DNA from: Octopus sinensis
Taxonomy: Eukaryota
Direction: 5' to 3'
Assembly: GCF_006345805.1 (NCBI RefSeq)
Contig: NC_042998.1
Span: 50,840,001-50,904,000 of the forward strand
Length of the DNA: 64,000 bases
Positions 24,900 to 38,845 of this stretch are shown here, one piece after another (the first letter of the stretch is position 1; the number at the start of each line of letters is the position of its first letter). The translations under genes were made by a program, and so were the position numbers. The notes under the pieces were generated by a model. That model had not been told where the DNA came from and searched no databases. It saw only the letters and a program-made list of their open reading frames with translations.

Positions 24900-25900
24900 A
24901 GATGTGTTGGGTGGGCAAATGAGGGGGTTGCAGGAGGGTGTGACAGAATAGCAGATGTGGAGATGGGAGAGATGCAACAACCAAAATTCCAAATTCCAAA
25001 AGCTCCTACAGCAATTCAAGAAAGAAGACAGACAATGCTTGGAGAAAATTTCCTGTACCCTACAAGCCACCTCCCAAATTGCAGTTGGCCTTTTTGATCC
25101 CTTGCCAAAAAAAAAAAAGCCTCAAGCAAATTTTCAGAATCCTTCTTACCCACTGCTCAACCAACATGACTCTGTAAACAGTACTGCCCTGGAAATGCTT
25201 CCCACTTTAAATTCATTTCAAAGTGGGAAGCTGGACATGGTAAACTCCTCAAAACCTATCCTACTCTCTTCCATCAGACTCACCTTTGTGTACATATACA
25301 CTCCAAGAATGAAAATGCTTCCATTTGCTTCAAATCAACATGGTACCATCCCCAAATATGTCACTTCCATTACCTTCAGCTAGCTCTTAATCTCACCAAA
25401 GTTTTCAATCTGTCTGTCTGTCTCCCCATTCCCTTGTCTCTCACACTCCCTTAAAATACTTAACCCAATCTTTGGCAATGCATAATCCATTCCCAAGAAA
25501 GGCAAATCCTCTTACGTAACTCACTGCAATCACTACATTTCAAAGATACCGGAGATGGTCATTAGTAACCACTTGCTACAATATTTTCAATCCTTCTCCC
25601 TATTTAATGACTACCAGTACAATTCTGTCATGCCAACCACCAATGGACCCTCATCCTCTGATAATTTGGTATAAACAGCATAGGTGTTCTTGACATCAGC
25701 AAAATATTTGACTGTGTTTGAAAAAGCAACATGTTTTCATAACTCAACGTGTTTTCAAAACTCTCTGACCTACACTGTCAAATCTAATGTTTTCTAAGGT
25801 GCAGTTTTGACCCCTACACTCCATCATCTATCATTTTGAATCTGGGTTTTGTCTCTGTTAACGGTGGGTGGCCAGATCTACCTCAATGTCATAGCAACTG
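24900..25900 (+). mobile_element. Highly decayed CR1-like LINE fragment
   Basis: PIPKKGKSS-like RT motif near 25487-25512, with many disablements. Confidence 0.45.
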
Positions 25901-26420
25901 CCCTCATACCATCTCACCATCTTGCACAGTTTTGGGTGTCCTTCCTTCTCAAGCCAACACTCCCAATCTCCTCCTCCACCTGTCCCTTCCATTTTTTCCT
26001 CAGTCTACCTTGCTTTCACTATCCATTTACCTCAAACTCTAGCACCCTCTTTAGAACATGCTCCTCATCCCTCCTCAACACATGCCCATACCACTGCATT
26101 CTTTTATCTTATACATCAAGGACCAACTCACATTCATTTCATATACAGTAACACCACCCTTTAACTATTCCTAATCTTTCACACTCAAGTGTCATCCACA
26201 CGTAACTAGATACCTTATGCCAAATCTGCAAAGACCCCATGAAGAGAGACTTCAAAACCATTCTGCAATAGGGCATGCCAGCCTGGGTCTCTGTCATCAA
26301 TACAAAGAAACAACCACTACACATACATATCAGGCAAGCAATACTATACATTATCTCACCTAAAACAGCTTGGTTTGCAGTAAGGGATTGCATCCATGGT
26401 GGTCACAGGCCATTCAAACA
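25900..26420 (-). mobile_element. Decayed RTE C-terminal fragment
   Basis: Weak similarity to RTE C-terminal motifs; reading frame broken. Confidence 0.4.
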
Positions 26421-27152
26421 CTAATATTTCTTTTGGACTTTTTTTTTAAAAAAAAGGCAGTGAGCTAGCAGAATTGTTAGCACACCAGAAAAATGCTTAG
26501 CAGGTTCGTCTGCCTTTACGTTCTGAGTTTAAATTCCACTGAGGTCGACTTTGCCTTTCATCCTTTTGGGGTTGATAAAATAAGTACCAGTTGAGTGCTG
26601 GGGTTGATGTAATCAACTTATGCCCCTGCCTTGAGCCAAAATTTGAAACTAATATTTCTCTTGGGCAATTGCAGCTTGGTTGCCGCTCACAAAACACGGA
26701 CAGGGAGAAAATTTCAGAGGTATACTTTCTGGAGACGAAGGAATGAAAAAAGAGGGTCAGTGCAGAGTACGAGAGCTGACTATAAAAAACTTGACCTCTC
26801 TATCACTGAGCCTCTCTCCCGATGATCTCATAAACTCAATGCAGCAAAAAGCTACATCTCAAAAGACTAGCTTTCCTCTTCAGGTCCAGGAAATACTTCA
26901 GTCCCTAGCTATTACTATCCCTTTACAATGTTCAAGCAAGACCCACAATAGAATACTGCTCTAACATCCGAAATGGTAGTGCAACCATAAAGCAGACATC
27001 CTTGATCAATTCCAAAAGAAGGCCAGTGAACAGCTTAGCATGAAACAACTCATCAACATATACCTGGCCTACAGAAATACTCTCTTCTTATTGCTTTTTC
27101 CACCACTATTACAATGGTTTCTGCCCTATAGAGCTTGCTGAGTTCCTCTTAA

Positions 27153-27356
27153 CCCTTTTGTTACCATATTTCTATTGAAATTCATCTCCTGTATTTCAAT
27201 TAATTAAAAAATTATGAAAACACAGTAAAGTAACTAAAATTTGGGACATAAATCTACATGAAATTTTAATGGAAAATTTTAATTTAGAAAACCTTAAAAC
27301 AGAAAGTTTGTACCATAAAATCAAAGGTGGTATCAAGTAGGTTGGTATCAAAAGAG
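27153..27356. mobile_element. piggyBac-type MITE (TTAA target)
   Basis: TTAA|CCCTTTTGTTACCA...TGGTATCAAAAGAG|TTAA. Confidence 0.8.
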
Positions 27357-27732
27357 TTAATTATATTGTGCTCCATCTAATCTCCTGCATTAATCCTCCA
27401 CTTTCTTTTTCTGTCCTTCTTCCCCAGAATGCCAACCTTCTGAAATTGCCACCCTGTCTATCTTTTGCTTGTAAGCATAAAGTTATAGCTATTTAAAAGA
27501 AACATTAGGCGCGTTAATCTCACAGATCTTGAAGGGCCCATGAATATCATGGGAACAATCCCTTTCTTCAAATCAAGCCATTAAAACAGATCAGAAAAGA
27601 AAGAAAGAAAGAAAGAAAGAAAAGGGTGGAAGAATTTGAGTGAGAGGTGGAGGAAAAGAAGAGCAGAATATAAACAAATAGAATGATGGAGAGATAGTGA
27701 ATGGAGAGAATAAAAGAGAGACAAAGTAAAAG

Positions 27733-27778
27733 TGGGGTGGGGTGGGGTGGGGTGGGGTGGGGTGGGGTGGGGTGGGGG
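27733..27778 (+). repeat. (TGGGG)9 G-quadruplex-forming repeat
   Basis: Nine G4 tracts with single-T loops. Confidence 0.9.
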
Positions 27779-28355
27779 TAAGGTATGAGAATGGATATAA
27801 CAGACAAATATTGACAGGAGACAGAAACCAGTAAACAGAAGAATTGATGGCATGGAAATGAGAAAGAGAGAAAGCACCAAGGATAGGAAAGAGTAGGTGA
27901 ATGAGACAAAAAGCTGTAGTAAAGTGGTAGTAAAAAAGAGAGAGAGAGAGAAGCAGACAGAGACGAGGGGGTGGGAATAGAATAGAAAGATGAAGTGAGG
28001 GAGGGAAAATTTAAGCTGTCGGGGGGGGGAGTGGGGCGGTGAGATGAAATAAAGATAACAAAAAGAAAGGAAAATAGTATACAGGAGAATACAAAAAAAA
28101 AGAGAAGAATCTTGATGGAAAATGGAAATAAAATCAAAATCATAGAAAAAGTCGATCCTAATTTGTTTGTTTTCTCATTGTCTTGTCAATATTTGCAATG
28201 GAAGATATATCCAAGATAATGGCTGTTTATTCATTTTGTAGTATTGCCCTTCAAAGCCAATTTTGAAGGGATATTGATGAAGTGAAACAATTTATCAATA
28301 ACCCTTCCCGTTCCAGTGAAAGTTTAAAAGATTACAGAAATGGAATACTTTGCTA

Positions 28356-28774
28356 CTCTTTTTTACTCTTTTACTTGTTTCAGTCATGTGGCTGTGGCCA
28401 TGCTGGAGCACCACCTTTGGGTCGAGCAAATCGACCTCGGGACTTATTCTTTGTAAGCCCAGTACTTATTCTATCGAACTCTTTTGCCGAACCGCTAAGA
28501 TACGAGGACGTAAACACACCAGCATCGGTTGTCAAGCGATGTTGGTGGGGAACGAACACAGACACACAAACATATACACACACACATACATATATATATA
28601 TACATATATACAACGGGCTTCTTTCAGTTTCCGTCTACCAAATCCACTCACAAAGCTTTGGTCGGCTTGAGGCTATAGTAGAAGACACTTGCCCAAGGTG
28701 CCACATGGTGGGACTGAACCCGGAACCATGTGGTTGGTAAGCAAGCTACTTATCACACAGCCACTCCTACACCT
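28356..28774 (-). mobile_element. SINE family A, long form
   Basis: Full composite match. Confidence 0.85.
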
Positions 28775-29145
28775 ACTTTTGTGAATCCTAAAAGCTCTCT
28801 CTCTACAAAGCTCAACTGCTGCTGGTTTGGCTTCTAAAACTACCTCCTTATTTCTCTGGTCACATTCTTGTGACAGGTGCTAACTTACAGAAGTTCAAAC
28901 TGAACACCAACTTTAAGGACCTGTAAAAATCATGGAGTTGCTTCTTCTCTTCTGACTAAATATTTGGCACACAAAAACAAAAAAAAAACAAAAACAGAAT
29001 TCACCGTAAAGTTGTTGGTGTTAAGAAGGGCATCTGGTCAGAAAAACCATGCCAAAGTTGAGATAGAGCATGATGCAGTCCTGTAGCTCACTGGATCCTA
29101 TCAAACTGTCCAAACCCATGCCAGCATGGAAAATGGATATTAAAC

Positions 29146-29402
29146 GATGATGATGATGATGATGATAATGACGACAATGATGATGACAACGACAATGATG
29201 ATGATGATGAGGAGGAGGATGATGATGATAACAGGTGGTAATGATGATGAGGATGATGATGACAATGATGATGATGATGATGATAACAATGATGGCGATG
29301 ATGATGATAATGATGAAGATAATGTTAGTGATGATGATGATGATGACAATGATAGTGATGATGATGATGGGTGGATGGATGGATGGATGGATGGATGGAT
29401 GG
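29146..29402. repeat. Degenerate (GAT)n plus (GATG)n
   Basis: Direct reading. Confidence 0.9.
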
Positions 29403-29725
29403 ACCAAACTGCCTTTTCTGCTGTGACCTTGGTGAGTTCTCTAAGCATAATCTCAGAGCTCTTGTACCACCTCTACTCAAACACTCCTCAGCCACTGGCC
29501 ACAACAAATTAGAAGCCATACAATAAATTGCTTTCAATAGTCAAGCATCCTATCCACAAAGACACAGACTGTGTACATCTCTTCTCAAACACTATAAAAC
29601 CAGAACTAAGCGCCGATGTTCAAAGCTCTTCAAATCTTAAAGTACATCTGAAACGATGACCACATAAATAATTCATGACTACATCCTGGTCTGACTCACA
29701 TTCATACAAAATAAGTATAATGAAT

Positions 29726-29959
29726 TTACTCTTTACTCTTTTACTCTTTTACTTGCTTCAGTCATTTGACTGTGGCCATGCTGGAGCACCACCTTTAGTC
29801 GAGCAAATCGACCCCAGGACTTATTCTTTGTAAGCCTAGTACTTATTCTATCGGTCTCTTTTGCCAAACCACTAAGTTACGGGGACGTAAACACCCCCGT
29901 ATCGGTTGTCAAGCGATGTTGGGGGGACAAACACAGACACACAAACACACCCACATACG

Positions 29960-29993
<34 letters not shown>

Positions 29994-30160
29994 CACACAT
30001 ATATATACGACAGGCTTCTTTCAGTTTCCATCTACCAAATCTACTCACAAGGCTTCGGTTGGCCCGAGGCTATAGTAGAAGACACTTGCCCAAGGTGCCA
30101 TGCAGTGGGACTGAATGATGTGGTTGATAAGCAAGCTACTTACCACACAGCCACTCCTAC
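29726..30160 (-). mobile_element. SINE family A, long form
   Basis: Full composite match with a small deletion in the head. Confidence 0.85.
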
Positions 30161-30589
30161 TTCTATGCAAGAAGATATTATAGAAGTATGATAATTATTC
30201 AGTCAATTAATCTTAAATCCCAAATATCAGCTCATATGCATGTTTTCTACAAGTGGTCACATGACCTGGTCATGTGATAGCTGAGTGTTTCTGGCTTTAT
30301 GCGGGCTATTCAATCCCATCACATGACAGTCCAGTCTAGCATGGGCAAATTAGGTTTGTTCACTGGAGCCCACCATCAGCTTTAAAAAGAGGAATCTTTC
30401 CTGCTACTCTCCACTATATATTGTGGACTGGGTGCTTTTAAGTGGCACCGGCACTAGCAGTGTCATCAAGTAACTTTGCAAGACAAGGAATCTTTGAGAG
30501 GAGGTGAACTTGTGTCAGATGACAAAAAGTTAGAGTGTGACAGAGATAGAAATAGACACCTTACTGTAGAAGAGGTACATGGTTACCTA

Positions 30590-30805
30590 ACCAGAGAGAA
30601 GATAGGGAGAGAAAGAGAGGAAGAGATGGAGGGAGAGAAGAGAGGGAGAGAAAGAGAGGAAGAGATGGAGAGAGAGAAGAGAGGGAGAGAAAGGAAGGGA
30701 AGGAGGGGGAGAGGAAGGGAGAGAGGAAGAGAGGGAGAGAGAGAGAGGAAGAGAGGGAGAGAGAGGAAGAGAGGGAGAGAGAGGAAGAGAGAGGAAGAGA
30801 AAAAG
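30590..30805 (+). repeat. Purine-rich GA tract with internal tandem units
   Basis: Repeated agagagaggaagagaggg units. Confidence 0.85.
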
Positions 30806-30859
30806 ATGTGAATAGATAATACATCCATACATGTGCATATATATATATGTATATATGTG

Positions 30860-31170
30860 TGAAGCCACATAGTTTAGTGGTTAAAGTATTCAGCTCACAA
30901 TCACAAGGTCGGGAGTTCAATTCCTGGTGACAGATTGAGTCCTTCAGCAAGACACTTTATTTCACGTTGCTCCAGTCCACTCAGCTGGCAAAAGTGAGTC
31001 ATACCTGTATTGCAAAGGGCCAGCCTTGTCACGCTTTGTGTCACACTGAATCTCCCTGAGAACTACATTAAGGGTGTGTCTGTGTCTGTGGAGTGCTCTG
31101 TCACTTGGATGTTAATTTCATGAGCTGGCTGATCTGTTGATCGGATCAACTGGAACCCTCGTTATCATAA
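30860..31170 (+). mobile_element. tRNA-derived SINE, related to copies at 44695-44945 and 49955-50400
   Basis: Head tagtttagtggttaaag..ggagttcaattcc, core gctccagtccactcagctggcaaaa. Confidence 0.65.
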
Positions 31171-31513
31171 CTGACAAGATGCCAGTTTAATATATATAGG
31201 TATACAAACATAACTGTGAGGTAAGAAGCTTGCTTCCCAACCACTTTGTTTTTGGTTCAGTCCCATGGTGTGGCATTATGGGCGAGTGTCATCTACAATG
31301 GCTCTGGGCTAACCAAAGCCTTATCATTGGATTTTGTAGATGGAAACTGAAAGAAGCTCACTGTGTATATGTAACCTATATAGCAGATTTATAAACAGGA
31401 AAAGTTTAAGTATTTCTCTGTAGATTGAAATTTTAAAAAATGATGAATAGACTTCATTGATTTTTGAACCTTATTGGGTCATCATCATCATCATCACCAT
31501 CACCATCACCACC

Positions 31514-31557
<44 letters not shown>

Positions 31558-31919
31558 CATCTGCTTTCCATGCTGGCATGGGTTAGATAGTTTGACAGGA
31601 GCTAGCCAAGCAAAAGACTACACCAAACTTCTGTGGCTGTTTTGGCCTGGCTTTCATGGCTGAATGCCCTTTCCAACACAAACCGCCCCACAGAGTGAAG
31701 TGAGTGCTTTTTTATGCAGCACTAGCATAGGCGAGGTCAGTTTTTGACATGGTTTTTACCGCTGGATGCTCTTCTAAATGCCGACTACTTCACAGTGTGG
31801 ACTGGATGCTTTTTACTAAATCTCAGAGAAACAAGCATCCAATCTGTTTATATACTCAACAAATCCAGTAGCAACAGAGAACTGCACCAAGCTCCATTGT
31901 GTTAATATTTGTTTTGCAT

Positions 31920-32153
31920 TAAGGTGGCAAGCTGGTAGAAATGTTAGCATGCTGGGTGAAATGCTTAATGGTATTTCATCTGCCGCTACGTTCTGAATTC
32001 AAATTCCGCCAAGGTCGACTTTGCCTTTCATCCTTTTGGGGTCGATTAAATAAGTACCAGTTACGCACTGGGGTTGATATAATTGACTTAATCCGTTTGT
32101 CTGTCCTTGTTTGTCCTCTCTGTGTTTAGCTCCTTGTGGGTAGTAAAGAAATA
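31920..32153 (+). mobile_element. SINE family B (partial second copy follows to ~32330)
   Basis: Full head-to-tail match to the other family-B copies. Confidence 0.85.
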
Positions 32154-32799
32154 GAAATAGGTATTTCATCTGTCTTTACATTCTAAGTTCAAATTCTGCT
32201 GAGGTCGACTTTGCCTTTCATCCTTTCGGGGTCAATAAGTTAAGTATCAATTGCATACTGGGGTCAATCTAATTGACTGGCACACCTCCCCAAACATTTA
32301 GGACCTTGTGCCTAGAGTAGAAAAGAATAGTTGTTCTACATTATTACTAGACAGTTTGTTTACATCCCCATAACTTGAGAGTTCACCAAAAAAAAAAAAA
32401 AACGAGTTCCAATAAAATACATGCCAAAGTTAAAAATAAGTATTGGGGTCAATTTGTTCAATGAAAACCCTTCAAGGAGGTGCTCCAGCCTGGCCACAGT
32501 CCAATGACTGAAACAAATAAAAGATAAAAGACAAACCAACCCAACACAACTGGACACTTCTGAAATCAAACATAGAGTATATGAATCATTGCGGCTTTCT
32601 CTCTCTCTCTTTCCATCCATCAATCCACCCCTCTGTCCGTCTATCTGTCCATCCATCCATCCATCCATTTATCTGTCTATCAATCTGCTTTTATCAAGTG
32701 TATTATAGGTCCAAAGACACTGCAAATAAAGTATCAAAACAAATGTTTTACTTTCAACTAATATTTCAGAAAAATAAATAAAAACATTTTGCGGTGTAC

Positions 32800-33025
32800 C
32801 TCGATTATCAACGGCTTGAGTTTTTTGTCAAGCATGACATCGATTCCAAGTATTTCAAAGCAGGCACTCGTCTTGGTGTGATTCTGAAAGCATGTCCGAT
32901 AGTTATGCCGTAGTACAGCGTGTGCTGATATAATTGTTTTAACGATAACATCGTCGATGTCTCGCCAGAGTTTGTCAACATCATAGCCATGGTCCCTCAT
33001 GTATTTATTCACTGTGCTGATACGT
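32800..33025 (-). CDS. TTLL6: TTLL6/TTLL13-like exon (226 bp, phase 2/0)
   Basis: Translates RISTVNKYMRDHGYDVDKLWRDIDDVIVKTIISAHAVLRHNYRTCFQNHTKTSACFEILGIDVMLDKKLKPLIIE, typical of TTLL6/13 (HNY.TCF.NH..SACFEILG.D..LD.KLKP..E). Acceptor ctaacag, donor gtacac. Confidence 0.95.
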
Positions 33026-33194
33026 CTGTTAGGAATATGTAAAAATAGAAAAAGAATTTAGCAAGAAAAAAATCTTTAAAATTAAATTCGTTTTTAAGTT
33101 AATTTTCTGTTTTATTAAATTTGAGGGGAAAATGGCAAATAAGACAAAATGAAAAGACTATGAGACAAATGAGAAATGGATTTCAGGATGTATA

Positions 33195-33480
33195 GGATAA
33201 AGGGGGAAGACCCCCTTTTGGTCATGAATGACCATGGGATTGTACCTAGAAAGTTCCCCCCGAGGCACAAGTCCGGACAAGGTTGTTTATAGAAGACCAG
33301 CAGTTGCCCATGCATACCAGCTTCCTCTCTCTGCACCACCACTGGAATCCAAAGGAAAGGCAAAGGCTGATACAACTCAGCATCAGTGGCATTGCAACTC
33401 ATTTCAACAGCTGAGTGGGCTGGAGCAATGTGAAATAAAGTGTCTTGCTCAAGAACACAACACATAACCTGATCCGAGAA
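33195..33480 (-). mobile_element. tRNA-derived SINE, fourth family
   Basis: Shares its body (cttgagcaagacacttta..tgcatgggcaactgctgg..tgcaatcccatggtcattcatgacc) with 36298-36650. Confidence 0.7.
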
Positions 33481-33736
33481 TCACCCAATGCTCAAATGCA
33501 GCTAGATAGTGCTGGGACAGATCAAATTTACAACAGAGGTTCATTCCCTGGTTTATCAATTGTTCTGTATATATACCAGGCACAGCTATGGCTGTGTGGT
33601 TAAGAAGTTTGCTTCCCAGTCACATGGTTTTTGGGTTCAGTCCCACTATATAGCACCTTGGGCAAGTGTTTTCCAATAAAGCCCAGGGCCAACCAAAACC
33701 TTGTGAATAGATTTGGTAGATAGAAACTGAAAGAAG

Positions 33737-33962
33737 TGAGCTGGCAGAAACGTTAGCACGCTGGGCAAAATGCTTAGCAGTATTTCGTCTGCCGTTATGT
33801 TCTGAGTTCAAATTCCGCCGAGATCGACTTTGCCTTTCATTCTTTCAGGGTCAATAAATTAAGTACCAGTTATGCACTGGGGTCGATGTAATCGACTTAA
33901 TCCCTTTGTCTGTCCTTGTTTGTCCTCTCTGTGTGTAGCTTCTTGTGGGCAGTAAAGAAATA
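33737..33962 (+). mobile_element. SINE family B nested in a family-A SINE
   Basis: TSD agaaactgaa(a/g)gaag at 33722-33736 and 33963-33977. Confidence 0.85.
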
Positions 33963-34244
33963 AGAAACTGAAGGAAGCTCATCATGTGTATGTTGGCATG
34001 TACATAGGTATGTATGTGTGAGTATGTTTATTTTTGTGCCTTTATTTTGACATCAGTGACTGTCATAAATGAATGTCATTCATTTCCGATAAAGCATAGA
34101 ACAGTGTGCATTTAGCCCTTTAGGAGTCACGTTATAATAATGCATTTTTTTTATTCACATTGTTTTCAATTAATCAGGCATTGTATTGTAGCTATGAGAT
34201 TTTGATGAGGGAACTTTTAATCTTTAGAATGATCAGTGCCGTCT

Positions 34245-34505
34245 GACTGGCATCCGTGTCGGTGACACGTAAAAAGCACCAACCGATCGTGGCCATTTGC
34301 CAGCCTAGTCTGGCCCCTGTGCCGGTGGCACGTAAATAGCACCCACTACACTCACGGAGTGGTTGGCACTAGGAAGGGCATCCAGCTGTAGAAACTCTGC
34401 CAGACTAGACTGGAGCCTGGTGCAGCCTCCTGGCTTCCCAGACCCCAGCCGAACCGTCCAACCCATGCTAGCATGGAAAACGGACGTTAAACGATGATGA
34501 TGATG
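34245..34505 (+). mobile_element. RTE 3' UTR fragment
   Basis: Conserved tail ccaacccatgctagcatggaaaacggacgttaaacgatgatg. Confidence 0.75.
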
Positions 34506-36297
34506 ATTGTAGGGTTGATGTGTGAAGCCAGATCTAGCCAGTTTGAATGTAAAACATGGCAGGATATTTTGGCCAGATATGGCTGGTTTAAATGGTAGAG
34601 GGGGAAAATGCTGCTGCTGATGACAATGATGATGACACACCATATACTTGTGATTTTCCCTTGTAGTTGATAGTTAATAATTCCACATGCGGGACTGTGT
34701 TGCAGTAGTAGACGACATCCATAGAGATGCCAGCCAACCAATAGGCATGAAATTACTCAGCAACACACACTTTCTGACTCATGGATGTGATGTTTCTTCT
34801 CTCTGCTTTTCCTACTATTACTACAACACTGGCTTCCACAAGTGCAAGCCCACAACTCTTGTGCAATCCCAAGGTTACTTGTGATGATCCTGAAATAGAC
34901 TTGTGGCTGAATACTAGTAGATCAAAACAGTGGGTGGGACCTCAAATTTGTGAGAGAGGCCTGTGTGCTGTAAAGCAGTTGAAAGGAAGGCCCCGAAATA
35001 GTGTGTATTCTCTCTTGATGACCCCACTAAAACATTCTGGCATTTGGTATGCGGAGTTTTTGACTGACTGCACTTGAAAAGGCAGGCTGTTACCAGGTTT
35101 CTAAATATATAAGGAACTAATTTGTGGTCAGTCTTAAAGTTGCAGTTAGTCAGGCCCCCAAAGAAAATGAGGTAGTGTCAAATAATGTGTACAGTGTCAG
35201 AAGTCTTCTATGATTGCAGTGAGTTTATTTTTCAGTAGAATTTAATTCTGGATCTTTTGTAGATTGCAAGGTAAAAAAAAAAAAAATTTTTATATCATGT
35301 TTGCTTTCTCATTGTCTGTGTGTCATCTCCAAATTGCTTGAAACATTTTCTATTAGGCAAAATGTGATGTTTATTCAACCAACATGTAATTCTGAATTGA
35401 AATCTTACATAATTATAATACTTGCATGATTTTAATATGTGTTTACCAAAGTAAGCCTAGGCAGTAGCACATATCATAGAAAGCTCTAGTAAACAATTTT
35501 TCTTAAGTGTCTCACAATATTCAAATGTAAATGAAAGCTTGTAGAAGATATTTCTAAATCATTTTCTCTCTTTTGCAACTCGGGTAGTCATGTATCTCTT
35601 CTACAGCAAGACACCTATTTCTGTCCCTCTATCATATTTTAACTTCTCATCACATGGCACAAAGTCACTTCCATCAATCTCGCTCCCACCCTCAGATGGA
35701 GGGGTTTGTCTTGCAGGTTACTTGGTGACCTCGCTGGTGCTGCTGCCTTGTACATCTTTAGTTCTGATTTAATGTGGCACCAATGGCATACTCAGAAAAG
35801 GAGACACTGCATCAACTATATACCCTGCCAACTTCTGTAACTCACTTTTAATTAGTTACATCAGGCTTAGGTAACTTTTCCAAGAAGCAAGTCACATAAG
35901 AATTGACTCATTAAATAGCAGGCTACATTACTAAAAAAAACAATTCACGGTAATATTTTCATTGGGTGTGCCATTCAAAAATCCTGCAGGGATCAGTTTG
36001 CCTGTGACTGCTTTATATGCTTTTTTTATGCTGGAATGCTAAAGAAATCCTGATACTGAGCAAGATGGAGAAGGAAGCTTAGTAAAAACAATCAGTTGGT
36101 TAAATGGCAGAAATCTTATAGAAACAACTTGATTCAATGTTTGATAACAAACCATGAAGTAAAATAGAAAAAAAAAAATTCATGTGATGGGTCAAAATTT
36201 CTAGGAACAATTTCAGCATCATTTACACCATCAAAAATGTTGCTTATAATATTTTAATCTCTCTTGTGATATTTAACCTGCAATACTTATCTTGTAA

Positions 36298-36650
36298 AGG
36301 CATATAGCTCAGTGACTAGAGCATCAGGCACACAATGAGGAAGTAGTGAGTTCGATTCCTGGACCGGGCGTGTGTTGTGTTCATGAGCAAAACACTTTAT
36401 TTTCATGCTACTCCAGTTCACTCAGCTGTAGAAACGAGTTGTGATGTCACAGGTGCCAAACTGTATCAGCTTTTGCCTTTCCCTTGGATAACATCAGTAG
36501 CATGGAGAGGAGAGGCTGGTATGCATGGGTGAATGCTGGTCTTCCACAAACAACCTTGCCTGGACTTGTGCCTCGGAGAGTAACTTTCTAGGTGCAATCC
36601 CATGGTCATCGTGGTCATTCATGATCAGAGGAGGTCTTTAACCTTTACAC
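36298..36650 (+). mobile_element. tRNA-derived SINE, fourth family
   Basis: tRNA-like head gcatatagctcagtgactagagc..gagttcgattcc, body shared with 33195-33480. Confidence 0.7.
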
Positions 36651-37777
36651 CTACCCTTTAATTATCTTGTGATGAATTATCTACTTGTTTTGCTCAATAC
36701 CATCTGGTGATAACTTGTTCCTCTCATTTTGCTTCACACCATTTTGTGATAACTTATCCACTCTCACCAGCACTTTCTGTTTTGCAGGAGTAACTAAGAT
36801 GTACCACTATACCTTTTACTGGTTTCATTCATTGGACTGCAGCCATGCTTGAAGGGTTTAGTCGAACAAATTGACACCAGAACTTATCTTTTCAAAGTCT
36901 GACGTATATTCCATCAGGCATTTTTGATGAGCTGCTAAGTCATGGGGATATAAACAAACCAACACTTGAAGTTAAGCACAAACAAAGAGACTCACATACA
37001 CACACATACAGTTTCGGTCAATAAAATTCATTCACAAGGCATTAGTCTTTCAGGTGCAGTGGGATTGAACCCAAAACCACATAGTAGCAAAATAAGCTTC
37101 TTAACCTCACAGCCATGTTTACTTACACCAATACTTCATAAAATGTTGTAATTTGTCATCTTCTTTTGATGAAGACAGACAAGAGATCTGAAGATGCCAA
37201 ATATCTATTGAATGTAAGCATCAATTCCATACACCAGTCTAAGAAAATCACTTGATAAAAGCATCAGAGACATTCAAACATCTAAATTTAAAATTCAAAT
37301 TGCTATTGGAATCAATTCATCACTTAGAACAAGTATTTCTAAATGTGAGTAATAAATATAGCCAATTATGGTTTGTATTTTCTATGTCCTGAATTTAGCT
37401 CTAAATTGGTTGTTTAATCATTATGTTGACTCTTCTTCTATTGTTAGTATTTTGATTTATTTCGTTAGATCATGACAATACAGTGAAGTAGTGTCAGTCT
37501 CCAAGTGGTGGATGAACGACAAAATCTTGTGATACTATGCAGTATACAATACTGTCACAGTAACAAACAAATCTTAGGCTATCACCATATCTTTTATCAT
37601 TGCTCTCCTACTCGTCTCAGTCACTGAGGCACCAACTTGGAGGATTTAGTTAAACAAATCAACCCTAGTACTTTTTAAAAAAATAAAATTTTGGTACTTA
37701 TTCTATCAGCCATTTTTGCCAAACTACTAGGTTATAGGAACATAAACAAACCAATACTAGTTGTCAAGTTCTCAAGT

Positions 37778-38010
37778 AATATGGTGAGCTGGCAGAAACG
37801 TTAGCACACTGGGCAAAATGCATAGTGGTATTTTGTCTGCTGTTACGTTCTGAGTTCAAATTCCGCCTAGGTTGACTTTGCCTTTTGTCCTTTCGAGGTT
37901 GATTAAATAAGTACCAGTTACACACTGGGGTTGATATAATCGACTTAATACGTTTGTCTGTCCTTGTTTGTCCCCTCTGTGTGTAGCCCCTTGTGGGTAG
38001 TAAAGAAATA
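37778..38010 (+). mobile_element. SINE family B nested in an older SINE tail
   Basis: 17-bp repeat aatactagttgtcaagt at 37753-37769 and 38010-38026. Confidence 0.85.
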
Positions 38011-38517
38011 ATACTAGTTGTCAAGTGGTAGTGAGGGACAAACACAAATGCAAAGACACACACACACACACACATATGTATATATCAGGCACATGCCGTC
38101 AGTAATTACTCAAGGTAGGCAGTTGGTGACATTTATGTAATAAAACACACTAAAAAATAAGTGAAACACAGGTGTGTAACTGAGTTGGAGGTAGATTTAC
38201 TTCTGCCTTTAGAGCGTGTAAAGAAAATGTTGTTGTAGGAATGTATGCAGTACATGTACTACAGCAGTACTATGCGTAGCTTTAATGCTGAGATTGAAAG
38301 GCAGGGCAAATTATGCTTACCTAATCTGAAAAAAAAAAAAATACTTTGCATTTTATGCATAGTTATCAGAGTACCCTTCATAATTTTATTGAATTAGGTG
38401 CATATTTTGCCATAAAAGGAATATATTGCTATCGATCTATTTTATTCAGAGTAGGCACTGCCTACTTTGCCTACCTAGGCACCACATCCCTGATACATAC
38501 ATACATGCATACATATA

Positions 38518-38560
<43 letters not shown>

Positions 38561-38773
38561 CTCTTTTATCTTTTAGTTGTTTCAGTCATTTGACTGCAGC
38601 CATGCTAGGGCACCACCTTTAGTTGAGCAAATCGAGCCCAGGACTTATTCTTTGTAAGCCTAGTACTTATTCTATCAGTCTCTTTTGCCAAACCTCTAAG
38701 ATACAAGGACACAAACACACACCATCAGTTGTCAAGCAATGTTGGTGGGACAAACACAGACACAAAAACATAT

Positions 38774-38845
<72 letters not shown>

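Noticed and set aside
29147-29512. Poly-Asp/Met/His ORFs
   Set aside because: These are translations of a (GAT)n microsatellite.
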